Source: Acidobacteriota bacterium (GTDB taxonomy: Bacteria; Acidobacteriota; UBA4820; DSQY01). Taken from it: a stretch of DNA of 64,000 nt. The first letter of the stretch is position 1. Each line of letters begins with the position of its first letter. The position numbers and the translations under genes were made by a program. The DNA lies in assembly GCA_049967655.1 (NCBI GenBank), contig JBMFSH010000002.1, positions 1-64,000 on the forward strand, in the 5' to 3' direction. Shown in pieces: positions 29,813 through 39,259 of the stretch. The notes below the pieces were generated by a model, which was not told the DNA's origin, did not search any database, and was given only the letters and a program-made list of their open reading frames with translations.

Positions 29813-30064
29813 ATGAATCTCGACATACGCATCGCCGCTCCCGGCTGCCGCAATTGCCAGGAGCTGGAATCCAGGGTGATTAAGGCCCTGGAGGAGCTCC
29901 AGGCGGAGGCCACGGTCGTGAAGGTGACCGACTTCAAAGACATCGCCGCCTTGGGCATCTTCATGACCCCCGGCCTCATCATCAACGGCAAGGCCGTCCT
30001 CCAGGGCAAGCTGCCCAGCGTGGGGATCGTGAAGGAGCTGATCCTGGAGGCCATGAGATCGTGA
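29813..30064 (+). CDS. Small redox-active disulfide protein (MTH895-like thioredoxin)
   Basis: PGCRNC, VVKVTD, MTPGLIINGK...GKLPS. Confidence 0.88.
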   Translation: MNLDIRIAAPGCRNCQELESRVIKALEELQAEATVVKVTDFKDIAALGIFMTPGLIINGKAVLQGKLPSVGIVKELILEAMRS

Positions 30065-30780
30065 GCCGGCGAACCCTGCGGACGTTTCTCGCGCGGGCGG
30101 CCCTTCTCCTGGGTGCCTCCATCGTGGCGGGCCATGCCTGGGCAGCGGCCCAAGGCGTGGTCAACTTTGCGCCCTTGACGGCGAAGGTCTCCTCGCGGGT
30201 CCTTGTTCGCGTGCTGGACACCGAGTCGAGCCTTGGCCCCATGTCGCAAAGGCCGCAGACGGTGACGCTGGCGGATCTGGTGCGGTTCCACGGGCATCCG
30301 TGCGACGGACTGATCGCCGCGGCGGAGGGCATCACCCTGGGGCTCAAGAGGCTCTTCCCGGACGGGATCGTGGACCGCACCGACGTGGCCGCCGCCACGA
30401 ACGCCTCGCCCTGTTACTCCGACGCGGCGGCCTACTTGACCGGGGCCCGGACCCTCTACGGAACCCTGGTGATCGACAGGAACCTCGGCGACGAATGGAT
30501 TCTCGCGCGGCGCTCCACGGGCGAGGCCGTCATGGTGCGCCTCAAGCCCGGCGTCAAGCCGGCCGACCTGCCGGCCATGGAGAAGACATTGAGGGCCGCC
30601 GGGTGCGACGGACCGCTCATCGTCCGGGTGCAGGGACTTCAACTGACGTTCATCCATCGGCTGCTCTCCGCGCCGCCCGGTTCTCTCTACGAGGTAACCG
30701 AGCTGCCTGCCTTCCCCTACCCCGTGACGGGAGAAAGGCCGGATGCGGCCAAGGCGCGGTGCGGCGACCGGGGACGCTGA
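30061..30780 (+). CDS. FmdE family protein with N-terminal signal peptide
   Basis: Arg-rich/hydrophobic leader ending AHAWA; FHGHPCDGL and SPCYSDAAAYLTGAR. Confidence 0.75.
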   Translation: MSRRTLRTFLARAALLLGASIVAGHAWAAAQGVVNFAPLTAKVSSRVLVRVLDTESSLGPMSQRPQTVTLADLVRFHGHPCDGLIAAAEGITLGLKRLFPDGIVDRTDVAAATNASPCYSDAAAYLTGARTLYGTLVIDRNLGDEWILARRSTGEAVMVRLKPGVKPADLPAMEKTLRAAGCDGPLIVRVQGLQLTFIHRLLSAPPGSLYEVTELPAFPYPVTGERPDAAKARCGDRGR

Positions 30781-30793
30781 GAAAGGACAGGAA

Positions 30794-31894
30794 GTGAAAG
30801 CTCAAGAACTACCCGCCGAACCATCGGGCGTAACGGAAACCGAACCCCCCCGCGAGACCTCTTCCCAGAGAAATAGGGGCCTGGGTCGCTACCTTCTCGC
30901 CGGCCTCCCCGCGCTGGCCACCTGGATCGCCCTCTACTGGGTCCTGGAGCCCTTTTCCAAATGGGTGACCTTTAATCTGGCGGGCCTGACCGAGAGCTCG
31001 CGGCTCGGGATGGCGGTGCAGTTCTTCCTTTTTGAGGCCCCCAAGGTTCTCATGCTCCTCCTGCTCGTGGTCTTCGGCGTGGGCATCCTCCGCAGCTTCT
31101 TCACGCCGGAGCGCACCCGGCGCATCCTGGCCGGCAAGCGGGAGTCGGCGGGGAACGTGCTCGCGGCCCTCCTGGGAGTGCCCACGCCCTTCTGCTCCTG
31201 CTCCGCGGTGCCGCTCTTCATCGGTTTCGTGACGGCGGGCGTTCCCCTGGGCGTGACGCTCTCCTTCCTCGTGGCCTCGCCCATGGTGAACGAGGTGGCC
31301 CTCGTCCTCCTCTTCGGCCTCTTCGGCTGGAAGGTGGCGGCTATCTACGCCAGTACTGGCCTCATCATCGCCATCTTCGCGGGCTTCGTCATCGGCAGGT
31401 TGAAGCTGGAGGGGTGGGTGGAGGAGTGGGTCTACGCCACGTCGGCCGGGGCGGGGATGGGCGGCGAGGAGCAGATCGGCTGGGCCGACCGCGTCGGCGC
31501 CGGCCTGCAGGCGGTGAGGGAGATTGTAGGCCGGGTCTGGCCCTACGTCCTCGCGGGCATCGCCGTAGGGGCGGGCATCCACGGCTACGTTCCGACCAAC
31601 GCCATGGCGCACCTGATGGGAAAGAGCGCCTGGTGGGCCGTGCCCGCGGCCGTGCTCGTCGGAGTCCCCATGTACTCCAACGCAGCCGGCATCATCCCCA
31701 TCGTCCAGGCCCTCATGGAGAAGGGCGCGGCGCTGGGAACGGTGCTGGCCTTCATGATGGCCGTCATCGGCCTGAGTCTGCCCGAGGCCGTCATCCTTCG
31801 AAAGGTCCTCAAGCCCAAGCTCATCGCCGTCTACTTCGGCGTCGTCGCCATCGGAATCCTCGCGGTGGGATACTTGTTCAACATGATCTTCTAG
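30794..31894 (+). CDS. ArsP/DUF318 family permease
   Basis: TPFCSCSAVPLF, SFLVASPMVNE, GVPMYSNAAG, AFMMAVIGLSLPE. Confidence 0.9.
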   Translation: MKAQELPAEPSGVTETEPPRETSSQRNRGLGRYLLAGLPALATWIALYWVLEPFSKWVTFNLAGLTESSRLGMAVQFFLFEAPKVLMLLLLVVFGVGILRSFFTPERTRRILAGKRESAGNVLAALLGVPTPFCSCSAVPLFIGFVTAGVPLGVTLSFLVASPMVNEVALVLLFGLFGWKVAAIYASTGLIIAIFAGFVIGRLKLEGWVEEWVYATSAGAGMGGEEQIGWADRVGAGLQAVREIVGRVWPYVLAGIAVGAGIHGYVPTNAMAHLMGKSAWWAVPAAVLVGVPMYSNAAGIIPIVQALMEKGAALGTVLAFMMAVIGLSLPEAVILRKVLKPKLIAVYFGVVAIGILAVGYLFNMIF

Positions 31895-32161
31895 GATCGC
31901 ATCGGGAATCATAGGAAGAGGCGTTCCCTCTTGGCAACGTAGGCAGGCGCTGGGAGGGGTACGGCCACCTCTATGGGCCGCCGGATGGATGGAAAAGGGA
32001 AGGGTAACAGATGGTTTGCAGGGGAAACGGATGGAGGCCGCGGGCCGGATCCGTGCCTTGAACATTTTTTCCTCTTGTGGATATATTTGCCTTTACAATT
32101 GTTGGCGCAGACCTTCTAGGCAGCGCCATCACGGGTGCGATGAAGTCGAGGGAGGAAGCAG

Positions 32162-32644
32162 ATGCGTGTCGCCAGAGCCTGCCTGATCGCCGCGTTTCTG
32201 GCCCTGTCATTGCCGGCCCTTGCCCAACAGAGCACTTTCCTCATGATCGGACCGGGCCTGGCCAATTTTCGGCACCACACCCACTACGGTTATGGCTCCG
32301 TGGAGGCCCGCCACCTCTTTCATTCGTGGGGAAAATTGTCCATTGGTTTCGGCGGGGCCCTGGAGGTGAGCCGCAACGAAGACTATGTGGGGCCCAACCT
32401 GACCCTGGACTACCACTTTGCCCCCCACTGGGGGGCCTCCCTGACCTCCGGCCCTGGTTGGTATTCGAACCATTCCTTCAACCTGGGAAGCCATCTGGAG
32501 TTTCGCTCGGGGCTGGAGTTTTTCTACTTCTTCCACGGGAATTGGCGGATCGCCGCGGGGATATTTCACTATTCCAACGCCGGCGTGGCCTCACACAACC
32601 CGGGGACGGAGTCGGTGCGGCTCGCCATCGTGATCCCGCTCTGA
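32162..32644 (+). CDS. PagL-like beta-barrel, paralog of 23268-23744
   Basis: Shares YGSVE.RHLFHSWGKLS, LGSHLEFRSGLE and HYSN.G..HNPGTESVR with the first copy. Confidence 0.8.
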   Translation: MRVARACLIAAFLALSLPALAQQSTFLMIGPGLANFRHHTHYGYGSVEARHLFHSWGKLSIGFGGALEVSRNEDYVGPNLTLDYHFAPHWGASLTSGPGWYSNHSFNLGSHLEFRSGLEFFYFFHGNWRIAAGIFHYSNAGVASHNPGTESVRLAIVIPL

Positions 32645-32728
32645 GTCCGAGCGGACCGATGGAGCCTTCCGGGCCGCCGGCTCTGGAACGGGCCATTCGG
32701 GGCGAAGGTCCGTCGGCGTAGCGGCCAA

Positions 32729-33370
32729 TCAGGCCGAAGCGGCGATGAGCCACTGGGCCGCGGTGTAGGCGCTCAGGATCAGGAGCTGCGCGCTTCGGAA
32801 CCGCCCGCGGAAGCGGTCGAGGGCCAGGGTCGCGTCGGAGGCCACGAAGAGCAACGCTCCCGTGGCGGCCCCGAACGCTTCAGCGCCGCCCACTTGCTGC
32901 CATCGGACCAGGGCGCGCCACGCCATGCAGAGGATGACCGCGACATACAGGAGGACGGGAATCCTCATGCTTCCCAGATGCGGCCACAGGAGCCACAGCA
33001 GAATGGCGGCGGCGGCCACGAGCGGCAGGGTGGTCCAGGGGGAAAGCCCCATGGCGACGCCCGATGAAAAGGCCGCGATGTAGCAGAGGTGGGCCACCAG
33101 GAAGCTGACCAGGCTGGCCACGAAGCGGTCCCGCGGCAGCATGAGAAAGATATCGCCCGCCAGGGAGAACAGGAGCCCGGCGAGGATGGCGCCCCGGTAC
33201 AAGAGGCCCGGCGCGTGGGGCGGTGCCAGGGCCACCAGAAGGATCAGGGCGGTGGTCAGGGGCTTGAAGAGGTACACCTGCCAGCGGGGCCCTCGGTACT
33301 CGGCGCGGATGTGCCCGAACGCCGAACCGACGACGGCCAGGGACAGCCAGAGCCGAACGTCACCCATCAT
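32729..33370 (-). CDS. YhhN/lysoplasmalogenase family membrane protein
   Basis: FKPL, GLLFSLAGDIFLM, SFLVAHLCY, LFVASD..LA.DRF, Y.AAQ. Confidence 0.9.
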   Translation of the reverse strand: MMGDVRLWLSLAVVGSAFGHIRAEYRGPRWQVYLFKPLTTALILLVALAPPHAPGLLYRGAILAGLLFSLAGDIFLMLPRDRFVASLVSFLVAHLCYIAAFSSGVAMGLSPWTTLPLVAAAAILLWLLWPHLGSMRIPVLLYVAVILCMAWRALVRWQQVGGAEAFGAATGALLFVASDATLALDRFRGRFRSAQLLILSAYTAAQWLIAASA

Positions 33371-33540
33371 GCCCCCTCTCCGAACGGAGGCCCGCTTGCC
33401 ACCGAGCTTGGCCCCGCACCCTCCAGTCCTGTACCGCCTACCATCACCCGCCCGCCCATGTGCTCCGCGAAATGAACCATGTTATCATCGAAACACTCCA
33501 CAGACGGTACCTTCGAGGTTTGAGGACAATGGGGGCGACC

Positions 33541-34077
33541 ATGAAGAGAGTATGGCTGTTGGCGGTTTTGGTGCTGACCGGATCGAGCGTGCTGCGGGCG
33601 CAGGAGCCGCTCCATCGCTGGACGTGGGAGCTTCAGGGCGGCTACAACACGTCGAGCGGCTGGGTGGACAGCGGCTGGATGGCCCAGACCGGGATCGGTT
33701 ACGCCTGGACGGACCACTTTTCGGTGGTGCTTCACGGGGCTTACTACCAGGGAAACCTGAAGGGGATATCCGGCTCCAACGCCCTCTACACCTTCACCCT
33801 GGCGCCGGAGCTGAGGAGATCGGTGTCAGCCCACGGGGAGGTGTACGTCTTCCTGGGCGCGGGCGTAGCGGGAACCTACAGCTACTATTGGGGACGGGGG
33901 TGGCGACAAATCCACATCCCATCGCAGACCAAGTGGGCTGGTGAGGCGGGCATCGGCTACCGGCATTTCTTCAGCCGCCGGGTGGGGATGAGCTTCCAGG
34001 TGACCTACACGCACATGGCCTTCGATCCGAGCGTCGATGTGGGAGATGGCCGATTCGGCTTGGTGGTTCGCTTCTAG
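33541..34077 (+). CDS. Small outer-membrane beta-barrel protein, paralog of 27204-27776
   Basis: Shares WTWELQGGY, PSQTKWAGE.G.GYR, MSFQ.TYTHM and GLVVRF. Confidence 0.83.
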   Translation: MKRVWLLAVLVLTGSSVLRAQEPLHRWTWELQGGYNTSSGWVDSGWMAQTGIGYAWTDHFSVVLHGAYYQGNLKGISGSNALYTFTLAPELRRSVSAHGEVYVFLGAGVAGTYSYYWGRGWRQIHIPSQTKWAGEAGIGYRHFFSRRVGMSFQVTYTHMAFDPSVDVGDGRFGLVVRF

Positions 34078-34090
34078 GGCGCCTATCTCC

Positions 34091-34675
34091 TCACGATTCG
34101 TCGGCCTGAAGATCCGATGTCAGCTCCCGGCGGAGGGCCGCCTGGACCTCCACCTCGGCGGGGCAGAAGGGGTGCGTGGTCCCGATGTGCAGGGCCTCTC
34201 CGGCGAGAAAGCGGCGGAGGAACGAGGGTGTGAGCGTCCAGGTGAGGTAGTGGACCGTGCTGGTGTAATCCTCGCGGCTTCGCCCCTCTTCGCCCACGGC
34301 CCGGATCCGGTCATCCCCGATGCGCGCGTAGAAGGAGTGTTCGACGCCGGGCAGCTTGGGGAGGGCGGCCTTGAGGCGCGCCTCGTCCGGGATCTCGATG
34401 TAGAGCGTGGTCTTCCATTGGTTGGGGCCGGGGATGAGGGGGCTGTAGGCGTCGATCTCCCCCTGGATGGCCGCCTCCTCCACCATGCGCTCGGCGCGCG
34501 CCATCTCCTGGATCTGGTACCAAACCGTCCGGCGGTTCTCGAAGAGCAGGGTGAGGATTTCGTTCACCGGCAGCCGCCGGTTCACCTTCATAGCCATCAC
34601 CTCGCCCCGGAGCTCCTTGCGGCGCTTCTCGTATTGGGTCAGGTCCAGGATGTCCGACAACTCGAGCCTCTTCAT
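34091..34675 (-). CDS. DUF3501 family protein
   Basis: YEKRR...LFENRRTVWYQIQEMARAE...EIDAY.PLIP, STVHYL. Typical partner of rubrerythrin and FeS oxidoreductase genes. Confidence 0.85.
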   Translation of the reverse strand: MKRLELSDILDLTQYEKRRKELRGEVMAMKVNRRLPVNEILTLLFENRRTVWYQIQEMARAERMVEEAAIQGEIDAYSPLIPGPNQWKTTLYIEIPDEARLKAALPKLPGVEHSFYARIGDDRIRAVGEEGRSREDYTSTVHYLTWTLTPSFLRRFLAGEALHIGTTHPFCPAEVEVQAALRRELTSDLQADES

Positions 34676-34757
34676 GCGTTCTCCTCAATAAGCCGACGGG
34701 AGCAGGGAATCGGGGGCCGCTGGGCCGGCGGCGCTCCCCCTCTGCCCGTGGGCCGGA

Positions 34758-36056
34758 TCAGTCGTTGGCAGTGACGACGATGCCGTAGGCCCTGGCCAGC
34801 AGGACCACGGGGTGAACGGCCTGTCGTCCGGTGGCGTGGTCGATCTGGAGGGCGGAGAGGGGGCACTCGGTGGCGATGTGGCCTTCCGCGTCCCTCACCT
34901 TGTTGAAGAGTTTGCGGCCCACCTTCATGGAAGCCTCGTATGTCCCGGTGCGGATGCCGTAGGTGCCGTCGTGACCCGAGCAGGCATCCAGGACCTTCAC
35001 GGTGGTGCCGGGAATGTCGCGAAGCAGGTCGCGCCCCTTAAACCCGACGCCCATCTGTTTGAGGTGGCACGGGAGGTGATAGGCCACCTCACCGAGGGGC
35101 GAAGGTTGCGAGGCCGGCCAGAGGCCCCTGGCCTTCAGGTCGGCCAGGTAGTCGAAGAGGTCCCGGGTGGCTGCGGCCACCGCCTTGGCCGCCTCACCCG
35201 CGACGAGGAGCGGGTATTCGGTGGCCAGCGCCATGGCGCAGGAGGAGACGGGAGCCACGATCGCCAGCCCCTGCTTGGCGTACGGGTAGAGCAGGGCCAC
35301 GTTCTTTCGCGCCTTGGCGGCCGACGTCTCGATGTCGCCGATGTCGAAGGAGGGAATGCCGCAGCACTCCTGGCCGGAAGGCAGGAGGACCTCCACCCCG
35401 CAGGCCGCGAGAAATGCGACGAGAGCCTCGCCCAGGCCCGGGTAATTCCCGTCCACCAGGCAGGTCGTGAAAAGGACCACCCGTTCGCGCGGCTCGGAGG
35501 GCTTGGCCATCTTCCGGAAACGGGAGGTGAAGGAGTGGGAGGCAACGGGCGGAAGCGGCGCCTCCGGGTGAATCCCGAGAAAGGCCGACATCAATCTGCG
35601 GGCGGGCTTCGAGCGGTTGACCGCGTTGGCGAGGGGCGCAACGGGCCGGGACTTGCGCGTCATTCCGGCGGGGTCGGCGAGGAGGCGGCCGGAGAAGCTC
35701 GATCCCCGCTTCTTGAATTGAACGGCCTTGTGGCGAAGGGCGAGGTGCGGGAAATCCAGCCGGAACTCGTGGGGCGGGGTGTAGGGGCACTTGGTGTAGC
35801 AGAGCTTGCAGTAGTAGCAGGCATCCATGACCGCGTGGAGGTCGTCGCCGGAAAGCTCCGCGGCCGAGATGTCCCTGGAGTCGATGCGGTCGAAGAGAAT
35901 GTCAAAGGAAGGACAGAGGCCGGCGCAGAGCCTGCATCCGTGGCAGACCTCGAAGATGCGCCGCTCCTCCTCGGCGAGCGATGCCTCGTCGTAGAACTCC
36001 GGCGAGGCCGGATCGAAGACGTACTCCTTGATGCCGCCAAGGCCCTGTCCGCTCAT
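34758..36056 (-). CDS. Fe-S oxidoreductase (GlpC/HdrD-like, rubrerythrin-associated)
   Basis: CHGCRLCAGLC and CYYCKLCYTKCP ferredoxin motifs; CCG domains (ECCGIP, CSGHDG, ECPLS). Confidence 0.9.
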   Translation of the reverse strand: MSGQGLGGIKEYVFDPASPEFYDEASLAEEERRIFEVCHGCRLCAGLCPSFDILFDRIDSRDISAAELSGDDLHAVMDACYYCKLCYTKCPYTPPHEFRLDFPHLALRHKAVQFKKRGSSFSGRLLADPAGMTRKSRPVAPLANAVNRSKPARRLMSAFLGIHPEAPLPPVASHSFTSRFRKMAKPSEPRERVVLFTTCLVDGNYPGLGEALVAFLAACGVEVLLPSGQECCGIPSFDIGDIETSAAKARKNVALLYPYAKQGLAIVAPVSSCAMALATEYPLLVAGEAAKAVAAATRDLFDYLADLKARGLWPASQPSPLGEVAYHLPCHLKQMGVGFKGRDLLRDIPGTTVKVLDACSGHDGTYGIRTGTYEASMKVGRKLFNKVRDAEGHIATECPLSALQIDHATGRQAVHPVVLLARAYGIVVTAND

Positions 36057-36281
36057 CTTGAACCCCCTTTTCTCGAGTCCCTTCGCCCGGATTCTCGTCG
36101 CACCACGGCTACGCAACGACCCTCCCGCAACATGCACCAAGGGTCCCCTTCGAAGAGTCCCTGCCAGCGGCTGCCCGCCCGCTCGCCCCATGAGAAATGG
36201 AGCCCGCCCGGCGGGATTCCCCGTTGGCTGCCCTTCGAAGGGGCCCTCGGGATAGGGGAAGGGCGGCGTTGCGCCCTTCCC

Positions 36282-36701
<420 letters not shown>

Positions 36702-36702
36702 G

Positions 36703-37113
36703 TTACACCTCCTTGGAAAAGGGGTTGGGGGCCGCGGCGCAGGAGGCGCAGCAGCCTTTGATGGTGACCTCTCTGGCCTGCGGTTCAAAGCCCGCCGGCA
36801 TGGGCAGGTCCCACCGGGTGTTGGGGCCGAGGGGCATGTCCCATACGCGCTGGCAATGTGTACACGTCACATGGTAGTGGGGTTTCAGGTTCGCGTCAAA
36901 CCGGTCCGGACCCTCATCCAGCCGCAGTCGCCGCACGTGTCCCGAGGCCACGAGGATGTCGAGGTTGCGGTAGAGGTTCGACAGACTCACGCGGCCGTAC
37001 TCGGCGGCCATGCGCTTGGCCACCTCGGCGGCGGTGGGGTGTTCTTCCGTCGACATGAGCAGATCGAGGAGACGCTGGCGCTGGCCGCTTCGCCCCTTAA
37101 TGTTCGGAATCAT
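36703..37113 (-). CDS. Fur family regulator (PerR-like)
   Basis: HPTAAEV, SLSNLYRNL, RFDANLKPHYHVTCTHC, C-terminal CASC. Confidence 0.88.
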   Translation of the reverse strand: MIPNIKGRSGQRQRLLDLLMSTEEHPTAAEVAKRMAAEYGRVSLSNLYRNLDILVASGHVRRLRLDEGPDRFDANLKPHYHVTCTHCQRVWDMPLGPNTRWDLPMPAGFEPQAREVTIKGCCASCAAAPNPFSKEV

Positions 37114-37160
37114 TCCGCTAGCTCCTTCGACAATGTAGGGCCGCCTCGGGGAGCCGTCAA
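37100..37160 (-). promoter_or_regulatory. sigma70 promoter and Fur/PerR-like operator of the perR gene
   Basis: TTGACG-N17-TACATT on the minus strand (37160-37132). Dyad CGGAAT-C-ATTCCG at the start codon. Confidence 0.6.
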
Positions 37161-37168
37161 GTCCGATC

Positions 37169-37654
37169 TCAGGAGGTGCTGCCTTCGAGGGTCGCGCGGA
37201 GCATCCAGGCCATCTTCTCGTGGCTCTCCATGAGCCCCGTCAGGAAGTCCGCCGTGCCCGCATCACCGTGCTCGTCGGCGCAGAGGTCCACGTCCTTCCG
37301 GAGCTGGCGGATCAGCGCCTCGTGGTCGTGCAGGAGCAGGCCGACCATGTCGGCGGCCGGCGGAGCGGAGCCGGGTTTCTCCGTGAGCCGGGAGTGCTCG
37401 ACGAACTCCCGCAGGGAGCCGAGGCTCCTGCCTCCCAGTTGCCGGACTCGCTCGGCGAGGTCGTCCACGGCCTCGTCCAGGGTTCCGATCTGTTCGCCGA
37501 AGAGCAAGTGGTAATCGCGGAAATGCGGTCCGGTGACGTTCCAGTGGAAGCCGCGCGTCTTGGCGGCCAGCACGTATTCGTCCGAAAGCAGCCGGTTTAA
37601 CATGAGTCCGACCGCCTCTCTGCTTTTGTCCTTCAGTCCGATCTCTGTGGGCAT
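37169..37654 (-). CDS. dps: Dps DNA-protection ferritin-like protein
   Basis: FHWNVTGPHF...H..F, DDLAERVRQLGG, D.GTAD, EKMAWML. Confidence 0.95.
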   Translation of the reverse strand: MPTEIGLKDKSREAVGLMLNRLLSDEYVLAAKTRGFHWNVTGPHFRDYHLLFGEQIGTLDEAVDDLAERVRQLGGRSLGSLREFVEHSRLTEKPGSAPPAADMVGLLLHDHEALIRQLRKDVDLCADEHGDAGTADFLTGLMESHEKMAWMLRATLEGSTS

Positions 37655-37687
37655 GGGTGCCTCCTTTCAAGATAGGCTCAACACGGC

Positions 37688-37710
37688 ATGTTAGGAGTTA
37701 TTCCGAACAT
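37688..37710. promoter_or_regulatory. Fur/PerR-like operator candidate upstream of dps
   Basis: Dyad ATGTTAGGAGT-T-ATTCCGAACAT. Its reverse complement shares ATGTTCGGAAT with the site at 37100. Confidence 0.6.
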
Positions 37711-37810
37711 ATGGCCCCCTTCCCCAGCCACGTGCTGTGCGGGATATGCGCCCACGGCACCCACCGTCGCGGTCCTGTACAATGAAGTCTTTGAGAAGGT
37801 GAAGACGGCC

Positions 37811-39037
37811 ATGGCCAAACGGTGGACCAGGCAGGGATGGCACGTCCGGGTCGGGCTGGTCGTCGCGCTTCTCCTCGCGGTGGCTTGCGCCCACCGCCCG
37901 GTGGCCGAAAAGCAGCCCTCGCCTCGGGGCGCCGTTCTGGTGCCGGCCCACTGGCGCGATCTGGGGAGCTTTCAGGACGACCGGGACTTCGACGGGCTCG
38001 TGAGCGCCGTCGAAGGGAGCCTGGCCTATTACGGGCGGCTCGCACCCTACAGCCCCCTGCGTTTCGGCGACCGCGGTGTGACCGTCAAAGACTACGCGGC
38101 GGGGCTGAGGTGGCTGCTGATGGTCCTTCGGGACGGTGGGCTCTCCGCCTCAGAGAAGCTGGAGCGCATCCGGGCCCGGTTCGATCTCCTGCGGAGCGTG
38201 GGCAGCGACGGCAAGGGGGGGGTGCTGTTCACCGGGTACTACGAGCCCGAGCTGGAGGGAAGCCTCACCCCGGACGCGCGGTTCCGCTATCCCCTCTACC
38301 GCCGCCCCACCGACCTGCTGACCATCGATCTCAGCCAGTTTCCGCTGGCCATGAGCGACCGGACGATCGTGGGACGGTTGGATGGGGAGAGGGTCGTTCC
38401 CTATTTTTCAAGGCGCGACATCGACGGGAAGGGCGTTCTGGACGGGAAGGGGCTGGAATTGCTCTGGCTGGACGACCCGGTGTCGATCTTCTTCCTCCAG
38501 ATCGAAGGCTCCGGCATCGTGAGGCTTCAGAACGGCGATGAGGTCCACGTCCAGTACGACGGCAAGAACGGGCGCCCCTACGTGAGCCTCGGAAAGCTCA
38601 TGATCGAGCGGGGCTTGCTGCCGAAGGGCCAGGCCTCCATGCAGGCCATCCGGCGCTACCTGGCGGACCATCCCGCGCAGCTCAGGGAGCTGCTGGATCT
38701 GAACCCCAGCTACACCTTCTTCCGCATCGCGAAGGATGGGCCCTTCGGCAACATTGGTGTGGCGCTGACGCCGGGACGCTCCATCGCCACGGACTCCCGC
38801 CTCTTTCCCAAGGGGGCCCTCTGCCTGATCCGCACCGAAGAGCCCGAGCTGGCGAGTGACGGCCACGCCAAGGCGTGGAGACCCTTCACCCGCTTCGTGT
38901 GCAACCAGGATACGGGCGGGGCGATCACCGGGCCGGGGAGAGTCGATCTCTTCTGGGGCGCGGGAGAGAAGGCCGAAGCCTCGGCGGGGCTGCTCCAGCA
39001 GCCCGGATCGCTCTACTTTCTCGTGCCCAAGGGCTGA
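37811..39037 (+). CDS. mltA: Membrane-bound lytic murein transglycosylase A
   Basis: Lipobox AVAC, FTGYYEP, FFLQIEGSG, NPSYTFF, QDTGGAITGPGRVDLFWG. Confidence 0.93.
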   Translation: MAKRWTRQGWHVRVGLVVALLLAVACAHRPVAEKQPSPRGAVLVPAHWRDLGSFQDDRDFDGLVSAVEGSLAYYGRLAPYSPLRFGDRGVTVKDYAAGLRWLLMVLRDGGLSASEKLERIRARFDLLRSVGSDGKGGVLFTGYYEPELEGSLTPDARFRYPLYRRPTDLLTIDLSQFPLAMSDRTIVGRLDGERVVPYFSRRDIDGKGVLDGKGLELLWLDDPVSIFFLQIEGSGIVRLQNGDEVHVQYDGKNGRPYVSLGKLMIERGLLPKGQASMQAIRRYLADHPAQLRELLDLNPSYTFFRIAKDGPFGNIGVALTPGRSIATDSRLFPKGALCLIRTEEPELASDGHAKAWRPFTRFVCNQDTGGAITGPGRVDLFWGAGEKAEASAGLLQQPGSLYFLVPKG

Positions 39038-39045
39038 GAGAATGA

Positions 39046-39207
39046 ACCGCAGAGGCACGGAGACACAGAGGAAAATTGTTTTGCCGGTAGCAAGAGAGGC
39101 CTTGGACCCCAATCACGCAATAGGAAGGAGACCGGCGACAGGCAGAAAGCCGGTTATTCTCTTTTTCCGCTAGCCTTTTTTCTCGGTGCCTCTGTGTCTC
39201 TGTGGTG
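39046..39207. repeat. Long-range inverted repeat with CACAGAG-type 9-mer periodic arms
   Basis: ACCGCAGAGGCACGGAGACACAGAGG (39046-39071) versus TCTCGGTGCCTCTGTGTCTCTGTGGTG (39181-39207). Confidence 0.75.
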
Positions 39208-39259
39208 AAAGAGGCGAAGGTTTAGCCGGGGGGAAAAAAGGTCGGGAGGCAGACCCGCC

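Noticed and set aside
5126..31894. Additional UGA-selenocysteine candidates among other cluster genes ending in TGA
   Set aside because: Those TGAs fall at expected protein ends, often overlapping the next start, with no conserved Cys position or continued homology.
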